Shown in pieces: positions 35,454 to 49,261 of a DNA stretch of 64,000 bases. The translations under genes and the position numbers were made by a program. Position 1 is the stretch's first letter, and each line of letters opens with the position of its first letter. The stretch is from Eledone cirrhosa (Eukaryota), in contig OZ024743.1 of assembly GCA_964016885.1 (NCBI GenBank), forward strand, positions 112,654,001 to 112,718,000. The letters run 5' to 3'. The notes under the pieces were generated by a model. The model ran no database searches and was not told the DNA's origin. It was given only the letters and a program-made list of their open reading frames with translations.

Positions 35454-35643
35454 ATTTAATAAAGAATTGGCTTCTACAGGACTAGAACTGTTTCATTCGA
35501 AGGAAATCATCAGCAAAGCCATGATGATGTCCTTCGAATGGAACAGTTCTCGTCCTGTAGAAGCCATTTCTATATTAAATATTTATACTCTGTTATGTAT
35601 TGAGTACATTACTTACTGTGGTTTCCCCCCAATTGAATCCGGG
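35454..35643 (+). mobile_element. Family B mini-PLE insertion (hammerhead-containing hairpin plus tail)
   Basis: Arms give the consensus GGCTTTC-CTGATGA-TTTCCTTCGAAT-GAAACAG-TTCTAGTC-CTGTA-GAAGCC; tail ends GAATCCGGG. Confidence 0.82.
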
Positions 35644-35645
35644 AT

Positions 35646-35782
<137 letters not shown>

Positions 35783-36514
35783 AGTGTGTGTGTGTGTTTA
35801 TATGCTTTCTTATTTATATCTTACTCTCCGTTGAAATGTCTAAACGCTGTGTGACAGTAGTGAGTGTGGCTCAACTGATTGGTCTAAGTTACCGACTGAG
35901 CCTGTGGTCCAAATATTTCCACATGGTGGGTCCATTTATCATTGACAGTCAGAGTAATAGGGGATCTTTAGGGTTTCTTAACTGGCCCTAGGTGGCTTAA
36001 GCTTCACACCCCATCATATTTCATTTTTTTTCGGATACAGTTTTTTTTTATCATATTTGCTATTTTTTTGATAATTGATTCTAGATATATAACCACTACT
36101 ATTTATTGTATTTTGTCATTGTAATGTCCGCAAGACATTCTATCATACGCTCTTACGCTTCTGACAATTCACCATATTACCAACATTGCTTCTTCCTTAT
36201 CTTCTTCTTCCCCTCACTTTTCTTTATTTTCTTTTACTCGACTTTCTTCCTTCATCTTGTTTTGATTTGATTGTTTATTATTTAGAAGAATCTTTTTTTT
36301 AATTCATTCGTTATTTTCTTCTTTCTCTCCTCTTCCATTTCCTGTGTTTTTCTTTCTCTTTCCTTCCATCTTTGTTTCTGTTTGTTCGCCATATTTCTCC
36401 TTCCTCCTACATCATTGAGTCAGGTCTACATTTAATACTCCCACCTCTCCCTCTCTATCTCGCTTTCTCTCTCTTCACTCTCTCTATATCTCTCACTTCA
36501 CTCTCTCTCTTTCA

Positions 36515-36582
<68 letters not shown>

Positions 36583-36621
36583 TTTCTCTCTCTTTACTCT
36601 CTCTATATCACTCTCTCTCCA

Positions 36622-36671
<50 letters not shown>

Positions 36672-36672
<1 letters not shown>

Positions 36673-36731
36673 ACGAAGGAAATGTGGTAAGGAACCAGGT
36701 GGACCATAACGCACCAAAGTACTCAATACTT
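36672..36731 (-). mobile_element. Family A tail-only insertion
   Basis: Reverse complement of ~29944-30002 within (TA)n. Confidence 0.85.
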
Positions 36732-36818
36732 ATATATATATATATATATATACACTTTCTCTCTCTTTACTCTCTCTATATCTCTCACTTCACTCTCTCT
36801 ATATCTCTCTCTTCACGT

Positions 36819-36868
<50 letters not shown>

Positions 36869-37039
36869 ACACACACACACAGAATCTACCCTCATCATTT
36901 GCCTATGTCATCGTCGTCGTCATCGTCACCATTATAAACACCATCCTCATCAGCAACAGCAGCTGCAGATGCAGCAGCAGCAATAGCATTCCTGTATAAA
37001 TCGTCATCATCATTAGCCTCACATTTAGGCAAGTCTTCA

Positions 37040-37993
37040 TCTTCATCATCATCACCATCATCATCAAAATCATCGTATATTGTGTTGTCATCATCACCAT
37101 CGTCATCATCATCATCACCATCGTCATCATCATCATCATCATCACCATTATCACCCCTTTTATCATCATCATCATCTGCAGCAGCAGCAACATCAACCCC
37201 ATACCCATTATTTTCTCCCTTCGCCTACTTATTGCTAAAATCACCATCATCATCACCACCATCACCACCATCACCATCATTACCATCATCATCACTACCA
37301 CCATCACCATCATTACCATCACCACCATCACCATCATCACCATCACCATCACCACCATCACCATCATCACCCACATCACCATCACCATCATCACCATCAC
37401 CATCATCACCATCATCATCACCATCACCATCATCACCATCACCACCATCACCATCATCATCATCATCATCATCATCACCATCACCATCATCACCATCACC
37501 ATCACCATCACCACCATCACCACCATCACCATCACCACCATCACCATCACCACCATCACCATCACCATCACCATCATCACCATCACCACCATCACCATCA
37601 TCACCATCACCATCACCACCATCACCACCATCACCATCATCACCATCATCACCATCACCATCATCACCATCACCATCACCATCATCATCATCACCATCAC
37701 CACCATCACCATCACCATCATCACCATCACCATCACCACCATCACCATCATCACCATCATCACCCACATCACCATCACCATCATCACCATCACCATCACC
37801 ATCACCACCACCACCATCACCATCATCACCCACATCACCATCACCATCATCACCATCATCATCATCATCATCATCATCATCACCAGCATCACAATCACCA
37901 TCACCATCATCAACAACAACAACAACATCATCATCATTGACATCATCAGCAGTAGATCATCATCATCATCTTCAACAACATCATCAACATCAA

Positions 37994-38024
<31 letters not shown>

Positions 38025-38240
38025 TTCAACAACATCATCCTCATCATCAACATCATCATCATCAACGTCATCATCAATATCATCATCACCATCATCATCA
38101 CCAATCATCACCATGCTCAACAACATCATCGTCACCAACAACAATATCATCATCATCATCATCATCATCACCATCAACAACAACAACATCACCACCAGCA
38201 CCATCATCATGAGCAACAGCATCGACATCAACATCATCTT
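37040..38240. repeat. (CAT/CAC)n triplet array
   Basis: Direct reading. Confidence 0.95.
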
Positions 38241-38303
38241 TAGAACCTGTCATTATTCCAGTGTCAATAAAACCATCTCCTCTTTGGCTGAATAGTGTCT
38301 ATG

Positions 38304-38348
<45 letters not shown>

Positions 38349-39029
38349 CCCAAACATACGCACATAGACACAAACACACAAGCACACACACACATATACA
38401 CACACAAGCCCAATACACACACTTAACCATACACACACCCTCACACAAGCACGACAAACGACACGAAATATTGCGCACATATGCATACGCATGTACACAT
38501 ATATACACATACACACATACAGGAACATACACGTACACACAATCATACGCACACACACACACACACACACACATACATACATACATACATACATACATAC
38601 ATACATACATACATACATACATACATACATACATACATACATACATACATACATACACAATTATATGCACATACACACACAGTCTTATCTCTATTCTCTG
38701 AGACACTATTTCTTCCCTTCATCCTCTCCACCTCATCACTACTCGACACTCGTGATAGAAGAAAAAAACTTGGAACTATGGCTTCTTCTGTTAGTCTTGT
38801 AGAAGCACTAGAACTGACGACATAATTTCTAAAACGACACCACCGATGCCTTCATCTAAACCACCACCAGCAGCACCACCATCGTCTGTGTATGTATGTA
38901 TCATGAGTGTCGTATTCTGAGGAAGCTGAGATGGTAAATATTACTCCAACCAACATTTTATCCACAACAAACAATTGACATCATTCTTATATCACGACAA
39001 ACACCCATCATTATTACACCTACCCAATT

Positions 39030-39248
39030 GGCGGTGAATTGGCAGTATCGGTAGAGGGTTGGACGCCATTCTTTCTAGCATAGTTACGTCCCTTTACAGT
39101 CTGAGTTCAAAACCCGTCGAGATCAACTTTGCCTTTCATCCTTACGGGGTCGATAAAATAAAGCACCAGTAACGTACTGGGGTCGATTTAATCGATATTC
39201 CCCTCCCCCAAAATTGCTGGCCTTGTGCCTATATAAGAAACCATTATT
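39030..39248 (+). mobile_element. tRNA-derived SINE
   Basis: Family motifs; TSD CATTATTACACCTACCCAATT at 39009-39029 and 39242-39262. Confidence 0.9.
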
Positions 39249-39379
39249 ACACCTACCCAATTATAGCATTATCATTAACATCATCCTCATCATCATCATC
39301 ATCATCTTCAACAACATCATCCTCATCATCAACATCATCATCATCAACGTCATCATCAATATCATCATCACCATCAATT

Positions 39380-39571
39380 GGCGGTGAATTGGCAGTATCA
39401 GTAGAAGGTCGGACGCCATTCTTTCTAGCATAGTTACGTCCCTTTACAGTCTGAGTTCCAATCCCGTCGATGTTAACTTTGCCCTTCATCCTTTACGGGG
39501 TCGATAAAATAAAGTACCAGTAATGTACTGTGTCATTGCTGGCCTTGTGCCTAAAGTAGAAACAATTATTA
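39380..39571 (+). mobile_element. tRNA-derived SINE
   Basis: Family motifs. Confidence 0.88.
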
Positions 39572-39589
39572 TACCTACCCTTAAATGTG

Positions 39590-40310
39590 TATGTATGTAT
39601 ATATTTACGCATGTATGTATGTACGTATAGATATATGTGCATGCATGGATGAGTAGGTGTATTTATGTATGTATATATTTACGGGTGTATGTATGTATGT
39701 ACGTATAGATATATGTGTATGTATGGATGAGTAGGTGTATTTATGTATGTATATATTTACGGGTGTATGTATGTATGTACGTATAGATATATGTGTATGT
39801 ATGGATGAGTAGGTGTATTTATGTATGTATATATTTACGGGTGTATGTATGTATGTACGTATAGATATATGTGTATGTATGTATGGGTGGGTGGGTGTAT
39901 TTATGTATGTATGTATATATTTACGGGTGTATGTATGTATGTACGTATAGATATATGTGTATATATGTATGTATGGGTGTATTTATGTATGTATGTATTT
40001 ACGGATGTATGTATGTATGTACGTATAGATATATATGTGTATGTATGTAAGGATGGGTGTATTTATGTATGTATGTATATATTTACGGATGTATGTATGT
40101 ATGTACGTATAGATATATGTGTATGTATGGATGGATGGGTGTATTTATGTATGTATGTATATATTTACGGATGTATGTATGTACGTATAGATATATGTGT
40201 ATGTATGGATGGATGGGTGTACTTATATATGCATGTATATATTTACGTATGTATGTATGTATGTATAGATATATGTGTATATATGGATGGGTGGGTGTGC
40301 TTATGTATGT
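39590..40310. repeat. ~78-bp minisatellite built from ATGT units
   Basis: GAGTAGGTGTATTTATG recurs at 39651, 39729 and 39807. Confidence 0.85.
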
Positions 40311-40577
40311 ATATATCGTTGTACACACGATACATATATACATATGGACCCGTAACACCCGGTGTAGTTGTAGTGGCCTTGTTATGATATATGGTATGAC
40401 TTAGGCACTTTTAACTTGATGGAGACCATACCTCTTCCTGGTCTAAATGCAACCGAATTCTTCGAGACAATGAGAGAGGGAGAAAGACAGAAAGGAGGTA
40501 AGAAATTGGTGAAGAGGAGGAATCGACAGTCATATTGGTTTTGTGCGTTTTTGATTGTGTATTTTTTTTTTTTTTTT

Positions 40578-40680
40578 TACCGATTTCGAAAGGATGAAAG
40601 GCAAAGTTGACCTCGGCAGAGTTTAGACTCTGAGACTGCAGAGAGCGGGAACGAATTCTATCAGACTGCCAAATCGCTGC
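40578..40680 (-). mobile_element. Degenerate SINE fragment
   Basis: AAGGATGAAAGGCAAAGTTGACCTCGGC. Confidence 0.7.
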
Positions 40681-40687
40681 GCCTAAA

Positions 40688-40901
40688 CCCTTTAGCATTT
40701 AAACCGGCCATATCCGGCCAGAAGTCTCACACCTCTTTCTGTTCAAACCAGGTGTATTTGGCCACTCATACTGATGTTAAGGTATTTTTCTCATAATATC
40801 AAAATCTCATAGGTTCAATATTATGTGAGATAATTATGTGAGGTAAAGCCTTTATCGTGAAAATATAATAGTTTATATAGAGTAATGCAAATGCTAAAGG
40901 G
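40688..40901. mobile_element. piggyBac-like MITE
   Basis: TIR CCCTTTAGCATTT / AAATGCTAAAGGG; flanks TAAA and TTAA. Confidence 0.75.
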
Positions 40902-42763
40902 TTAATGATGACGCTTACTTTGTAGTAATCGCTGTTACTGAATAAACCAGTGTAGCTACCCTCAATGAACAAGCTATTACTTTAACCATTATCCATGTCA
41001 CTACCGATTTGTAATAATTCTTATCATTGCAACATCTCTCGTAGCCACCCTTAATTATGTAATTACTCCTTATTAAAGCCACCCTTAACTACAAAAATAT
41101 CATTGTAATCATTCTTATCACGGCAACAACCACTACAGCCACTCTTAATAACCAATACTTCATATTACTACATCCACCTTTGAAGTCACCCTTAATCAGA
41201 CTATGATTTTAATTATCCTGCCATTACAGCACTCATTACACATACCCTTAATATCAAAACTATTGTTGTAATTATCTTTATTTTCTGTGTTGGAACTCAG
41301 TCGGTTTCGAAGAGGTGTGTTCAAACTGTTTGAACACGGAATGGCCTGCTCATGAAATTAACGTTTAAGTGGTTGGATTTCATAGACACGCGAATAATTT
41401 TTATTATTACACCCATCTCTTTTTAGTGGTGAAATGTTATCTCTAAAATGTCTTATTCTAGACGATTTGTAATGAGGAAAAAGGCCTTAAGTTACTGAGA
41501 CAGACTGAAAGTGCGTAAAATATTAGTCGGGAATGAGATGAGTGCAATGTAATTTATTTTTAATTCTATGGGTAAATTATTCATCTTCTGTGATTCCCTT
41601 ACCTGAAACTTGTGTTTCCCACACGAGTGCCTCCCTACTGACGATTAGTGCGAGGTTGAACTAAAAAATGAATAATTACCGATGGTTTTGAAGGTCGGGT
41701 TCTTTCAAAACACACCAAATACCATCCGAAAATCGTAGATTTAACTTTCAAAGGAAAAGAGGTTTAATAATATAAACTTAACGACACGTGCAACCTTAAC
41801 TACATGTGATTTGTGGGATATTTGACTGTTGTATCTAGCAAATCTAGAAATCGCATAGAATCTTCCTCTTTAACACGGATGTCCCTAATCGTTTTCAGAA
41901 ACTTATGAATATCACGTGGTCTTATAACTCTACCCTTATAAACTTAAGATGTTGAGCCTTTGTATGGAAGAAATCGATATTATTCTGATGTGTGAGTAAT
42001 TTGATAAAATTCTTTATAAGAAATTACTTTCAGATTTCTTTTTATAAATGAGATTCTGAATCTGTTGTTAAGCCGACGATCCTGTTGATCAGACATGTAT
42101 AAAATTCAATTTCAGCGTAAAAACTCTCGCCTACTTCTTTCTAATTCATCTCAGCATTTGCTGATATTACATGTATCAAGGATAATCTATATCGAAGTTC
42201 TTTACCTGACAGTGAGTGGTTAAAAGAAAAGAGAAAGAAAAGAAAAGAAATAAAATGAAAAATAAAATAGTGGTGCGTCACACTAAATGTATTTCAGAAA
42301 TTCAGCTTAGGATCTTTATATTTTGAAGTTCCTCATTCTACACGATAAATGAAATAAGTACGAGCCAATGAGGGAACATCTATTTGTTCACTGAATTTGC
42401 TAGAAACAGCAGCTACACCTTCTTCAAATGATATATTTCTGAGACAAAAAAAAACCCACAAGAATGTTTAGTCTTTAAAAATGAAAGATGTGATAGTCAC
42501 ATTTGGAATGCCTTTGATCATCTGTCTGCTCGTTTACGGTCGACATGGAACTGAAGAGCAATTCAATCAAACAAATCCATATATGTATAAACCCGCAACT
42601 CATAATTGAGTTATAGGGGTGCCGGAGTGATTCATGGCTTGTTCTGGGTATTTTTAAAACCTGGCAGAGCTCATCTACTCTCCAAGTCTGAACACAACCG
42701 ATTTCTTCTAGGGAAGAAATGAGAGAGAGTGAGAGTGTGAAATGGATATAGAAGGGAAATTAA

Positions 42764-43640
42764 CCCCACTACTTGACTAGTACTTTATTTATCGACTTCA
42801 AATGGATGAAAGGATTTTGAACTCAGAGCACCGGAACGAATACCGCAAAGCATTGTACCTGACGTTCTACCGTCTCTACCAATTCGCCGCCTCAATCAAT
42901 AACATAAACGCCACTAGAGTATGAAAGGGTTAGATTCTGTCATATTCAAAACTTGGTCTATTGATTACTAAACTTGAATATATCAGGAGAAACACAGCTA
43001 TTAATTTAACGTAAAAATTATAGTTTATCTAAGGATCCATCAACCGAGATATGCGCACCTTTCTTTCTATGGCGTAGTTTCAGAAATATTTGGCTGTTAT
43101 ATCTTGCAAGCAGATGTTCTTAGGCTTGTATAAAACATTTCTAATTGAGGCACACAGCCAGCAGTTTTGTAACAGGGAAAGTCAATTAAATCAACCCCAG
43201 TACTTGGTTGGTACTTTATTTTCATAGACGCCAGAAGCATGAAAATCAAAGTTGACCTCGCTCAGATTTGGACTAAGAATGTAAAGTGCCATTTCATCCG
43301 ATGCTCTACTACTGCTTCCAATTTGCCACCCTTCCCATATATCGCTTCCTAGTTTAGACACAATGTAAGTAAATTTGGCGGGAAGGCAAAATTGCTTAAA
43401 ACTAGTGCATTATTTAATCAACCCTCAGAACAATAGAAGTTAAAGGTAAACTTGGCTGGGATTGAACTCAGAATCTAAAGACCCGTAATCAAACATGCAA
43501 CGCATTTTGTCCGAGACGCTAACAAACTACCAATTCACAGCTCGTATATATGGTTTCTAATGTTGATGCAAGATCAGCCATTTGTAGCAATTTGTGGGAA
43601 GGGAACGTCGATTATATCGACTCCACCACATAACTGGTAT
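42764..43640 (-). mobile_element. Cluster of older degenerate SINE copies
   Basis: Recurring GTACTTTATTT, AAAGTTGACCTCG, TTGAACTCAGA and CCAATTCGCCGC motifs. Confidence 0.7.
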
Positions 43641-43641
43641 T

Positions 43642-44112
43642 GTGGATTTGCAGTATCGGTAGATCGCCAGACACCCTGACTTGCAGCATAGCGTTTTGGC
43701 ACTTTGCGTTCTGAGTTCAAATCCCGCCGAGGTCAACTTTGCCTTTCATCCTACGGGGTCAATAAAATAAAGTACCAGTAATGCGCTGAGGTCGATTTAA
43801 TCGACTTTCCCCTCCCCCAAAATTGCTGGCCTTGTGCTTAAAATAGAAACAATTATTAAGTCTATTTCAAGGGCGGCGGATTGGCAGTATCGGTAGAGCG
43901 TCGAACACCCTACTTCGCGACAGTGAGCTACGTCCCTTTACGTTCTGCTACGTCCCTTTACGTTCTGAGTTCAAATTCCGCCGAGGTTAATTTTGCCTTT
44001 CATCCTTACGAGGTCAATAAAATAAAGTACCAGTCACCCACTTGTGTCGATTTAATCGACTTTCCCCTCCCCCAAAATTGATGGCCTTGTACCTAAATTA
44101 GAAACTATTATT
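43642..44112 (+). mobile_element. Two tandem SINEs, the second inserted at the tail of the first
   Basis: TSD ATTATTAAGTCTATTTCAA at 43852-43870 and 44107-44125. Confidence 0.88.
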
Positions 44113-44631
44113 AAGTCTATTTCAATGTAAAGAGACGGTATAATTACTGCTACTGTAAATAAAGTTTCATTCACTTTGCCCCGATGGTCGTATTGTCGAA
44201 ACATTTGGCAATCGAGGTTATTTTCTTATTTCTACGAGAAGACTACTATAACTCTTTAGACGGCAAAACTATAAGTCAGTTTTCTTGTTGGAGATATTGA
44301 TTGATCTGTCTCTTACACACCCACACACACTCTCCCTCTTTCTCCCTCTCTCTCTCTCCCTCTCCCTCTTTGGTATTAATCTTTCTACAAAATCAGCCAA
44401 GAGCCAATACCGACTTTTACAATGTATTCTCTAGTCACAGTGCTAGTGACAAGATAATAAATTAGGACTTTCCGTTTAGTGTACCGTCTCGAATATGTTC
44501 TATTTGCTGCAAGCAATAGAATAACTACCAGACTTAAAAGAAATAACTATTGGGGTACATATCACTTCATGACGGTGTCCCATTATTGCTACAGTCTAAT
44601 GAGTGAAACCAGTATAGAAAAGTATACGTGT

Positions 44632-45062
<431 letters not shown>

Positions 45063-45159
45063 ATGTATGCATGTAAAAGGTAAACAGAAATAACAACACA
45101 ATCAGTACAGTATATGGAAGGAATATATTAGGTTAACGCTTGAAATAGCAGGAAGAGGG

Positions 45160-45194
45160 TCTTAACGTTTCGGACGCTAGTCCTTCATTAGAAG
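45160..45194 (-). ncRNA. Degenerate Penelope-type minimal hammerhead in a pLTR remnant
   Basis: CTAATGA-A-GGAC-TAGC-GTCC-GAAACGTTA; core G5 is mutated. Confidence 0.55.
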
Positions 45195-45281
45195 AAAGAA
45201 TGAGAAATAAGAATGTTTGAAGGGACGGGTGGGTTGGAATTGGAAAAAATGTTTTAGATAAAAATAACAGGTCCATTCATA

Positions 45282-45459
45282 GAGAAATCATCAGGTAGCC
45301 CTGATGATTTCTCCAGATTGAAACAGTTCTAGTCCTGTAGAAGCCATTTCTATATTAAATATTTATACTCTGCTATGTATTGAGTACCTTGCTTACTGTG
45401 GTTACCCCCGATTAAACCTGGGAGCTTGCTTGCTGTGGTTACCCCCGATTAAACCCGGG
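45282..45459 (+). mobile_element. Family B mini-PLE insertion with duplicated 3' end
   Basis: CTGATGA...GAAACAGTTCTAGTCCTGTAGAAGCC at 45301-45345; last ~37 nt tandemly repeated. Confidence 0.8.
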
Positions 45460-45489
45460 ATAAACATGTGTGTGTGTGTGTGCGTGTGT

Positions 45490-45528
<39 letters not shown>

Positions 45529-46112
45529 TGTGTGTGCGTGTGCGTGCGTGTGAGTGTGTGTGTGTTTATATGTGTCTTTATATAGTTGTGCATCACAAAA
45601 CTTCAACAAGAGATTTGAAATGTTAATAAATCTTCAGTGTTTACCAAATGCTATTCACCAGGAATTTGTCAATCCAAAGATATAGTAAAAGACACACAAG
45701 GTCCAAGCTGTGGCAGTGAACCTCAAACTACGTGGTTGTAGGTTAAACTTCTTAATTACACAGATATGCCTGTGCCTGAATATTAATCTGCATAACAAGG
45801 TGAACGAGTGTATGTGTATTACGCTTTCAATATTGAAAGAGAATATTGAATCAAAATACTTTACATAATGAAACAATGTTTTCAAGAACTATATATTTAT
45901 TACAACTGAATAGAAATAAGGAGAGTTTTAGAATGTGAAACTTCCACAGTTCACTTTACTATATATAGACCTATTGTCATATCTATATGCAGTGGATTCT
46001 TTGCATTACATGTATCGGATCTCTGCACTCGGAGTTAAATCCCGCCGAGGTCAATAAAAATGTACCAGTCGAGTATTATACACTTTTTTATCGCTTTCTT
46101 TCTCTCCCTCAT

Positions 46113-46203
<91 letters not shown>

Positions 46204-46295
46204 TTCACTCTCTCTCTCTCTATCTATCTATCTCTCTCTCTCTATCTCTATCTATATATCTCTCTCTCTCTCTCCCTATATACATATATGTATAC

Positions 46296-46488
46296 ATATT
46301 TAATATAGAAATGTCTTGTACAGGACTAGAACTGCTTCATTCAAAGTAAATTATCAGGAAAGCTTTCCTGGTGATTTCTTTCGAATGAAACAGTTCTAGT
46401 CCTGTAGATGACATTTCTATATTAAATATTTATACCCTGCTATGGATTGAGTACCTTACTTACTGTAGTTACCCCCGATTGAACCCGG
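46296..46488 (+). mobile_element. Family B mini-PLE insertion
   Basis: Palindrome centred on AAGCTT, plus tail ending GAACCCGG before (TA)n. Confidence 0.82.
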
Positions 46489-46932
46489 TATATATATATA
46501 TATATATATATATATACCGGGCGAAGTGTTATGTCCTTGAGCAAGACATTTTATTCTACGTTGTTCCTTCTACCTGGAGTTGCGACCGATAGATAGTATT
46601 AGCAATTAGAAAGACCAATGGAAACATTGTTTCCTCGATCCGATTTGACGAAAGTCGATCGACTGTCGATATATATATATATATAAATATACAAATATAC
46701 ATTTAGCGAGAATCGCATTTCGGCGAGTAGAAATTAGCGAAACGCAACTTCCGAATTGTGTTGGCGAGCGCTCAATGGATATGAATATACCAGAGCTATA
46801 AACATAAGTTTAAAAGGCCATACAAAACTGAGACGATGGTTAAGAAGCCATTAACCACCTAAGCCAAAGAAGCGAGCAAGCTAAGCGGGTGAAACAAAAA
46901 TAAGAATAAGATATGATTGAAATATATATATA

Positions 46933-46963
<31 letters not shown>

Positions 46964-47300
46964 ATGGATCTATTTCGATTTCTCCCAAGAAATGCTTGTC
47001 AACACTGCGACATACGACCCAAACAAAAGTTAGTGGTTTATGCATACATTCATTCATATCTATGAATGAGTCTGTCTTGGAGAAGCATGTAAGCGCGATG
47101 TGTGTAAATGTGTGGGAAGCAGTATATGATAAATGTCTGTACAAATATAAGTATCGCAGCCATCATTGTACTGGTATTTCAGTCAATCACAACATATTAT
47201 TCTTGTTCGTTTATGAGAGCGAAGGTAGATAACGTGGAGAGGGGTGGGGTGTTAATTGAATGAACATACAAGCCTGTGTATATATATATATATATATATA

Positions 47301-47523
47301 TTGTTATACTTTGGGAGGGTCATGTTGCCAATAAGAAACACATGCACCAGTTGCTTTCACTTCAATTTATTATAATAAATATATAAATTTATATATTTCT
47401 GGTTGGTTGGTTGGTTCCACAACCAGATAGTTGTTTTAGTTCTTTCGTCACACACTCTGTGACCTCTTCAGTGACTGGGGATTCTTTTCTTTGTTTTTGT
47501 GCCTCTCCTTTGTTCTGTCCTAC
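47301..47523 (-). mobile_element. Solo Nematis-like pLTR
   Basis: Matches ~3341-3597. Confidence 0.9.
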
Positions 47524-47542
47524 ACTGCTGGTAGTATATATA

Positions 47543-48388
47543 CTACCAGCAGTACCCAGCGTTGCCTAGGTAGGTAAAATAATATCTGCTTTGATGAAAA
47601 GGTGTTGATCTTAGCGACTGCTTCTCGATGACTCATCTATGGCCACACACGGGCCATGCGGGGGAGGGTGGTGATGACCTCTATCACTGAGACACGCGGG
47701 TGAGTGACGAAGGGGCATGCTGGGGGAGGGAGGTAATGACCTCTAACACTAAGCCAAATTTCCTCACGCTACTTGATTGGAAACCGATGAATTCTCAAAT
47801 ACACAACTAAAAGCTCAGACGACGTCAGTGGCCATCGTTTTGCCTTTGACCGTCTATAAGATGTGCAATGATAGCTTCTATCGTAGTATAAAAGTTGAAC
47901 CAAATAATTTGATTTATGTGTGAGGAGGAGCTGAAGTTTCGAATTTGAAAGAATTCGGTTGAAAAATGTGGGAGCTAGAGCCGAAAAGGCGGAAATTTGA
48001 GCGAAAAGGTGGTATTTTCGAATATTTAAGCGGCTGCCACGCCGTCCCTGAACAACAAATGCAAAATATAAAGCGATTACAGGATATGCAATGGTAAATT
48101 CTATTTTGCTCTAAAATTTGAACGAAATCGGTGGCAAAATGTGGGAGCTAAAGCCAAAAATCTTATTTTTCGATACCTAAAAAAAGGTGACCCCACCTAA
48201 CGATTTTTATCTGCAGAATGAACCCGGAATAAAAAAAATAAAAAAACGATATGCTGATATATAGAAAACACTCTCTGATGACTAATCTATGAGCCTGTAA
48301 AGTTTCATGAAAATCGGTCGTAAGATGTAGGCCCCTATAGACACACACACATACTTAATTTTATATATATATACATATATATATATAG

Positions 48389-48390
<2 letters not shown>
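47543..48390 (+). mobile_element. Non-autonomous Helitron/Helentron-type (DINE/Lep1-like) element
   Basis: 5' ACCAGCAGTACCCAGCGTTGCCTAGG; 3' AAGTTTCATGAAAATCGGT, CA microsatellite, TTTTATATATA. Call rests on resemblance to known ends. Confidence 0.55.
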
Positions 48391-48441
<51 letters not shown>

Positions 48442-49057
48442 ATACGTGTATAGGCATCTGCGTGTGAATGTATACCTACGTGCATGCATGTTTGTGTGTG
48501 CGTGCGTGTGTGTGTGTACGTGTGTGTGTGTGTGTATGTGTATTTTTCTATACGTACTACATGTATGTATGTTTGTGCGTATATGTGTGTATTTCTATAG
48601 GTACTACATGCATGCATGTTTGTGTTTGTGTGTCTGTGTGTGTGTGTGTGTGTGTGTGCGTGTGTGTGTGTGTGTGCGTGTGTGTGTGTGCGTGTCTATG
48701 TGTTTGTATGTTTAGCGGAAGAGTCATATCCCTGGAACTTAATGGTTATTAGTGGATCTTTTGCCAGATTTATTGACAGCTGCGCTGATCATTCCCACCT
48801 GCCTATAGATACATGGAAATACCAATAAATAAATAAATAAATAAACAAAAATAAATAAATAAATAAATATATGAGTAAATAAATAAATAAATATGTAAAA
48901 TAGATATCTGTTGAAGAAATATAATAAAAAAAGGAAAGAGCAGAAATGAAGAAGAAAGCATAATATAGAGTTAAAAAGTAAGTCACCCATATAAAATTGC
49001 TGTTGCTTGTGAGAGATGGGGAGAGTACGAGAGGGGGAGGAGTGGATAGGAAATTAG

Positions 49058-49111
<54 letters not shown>

Positions 49112-49153
49112 ATAGATTTCTTTATTAGCCACAGGGGCACAAAAGAAGGGGAC

Positions 49154-49215
<62 letters not shown>

Positions 49216-49223
49216 GTAAATAA

Positions 49224-49261
<38 letters not shown>

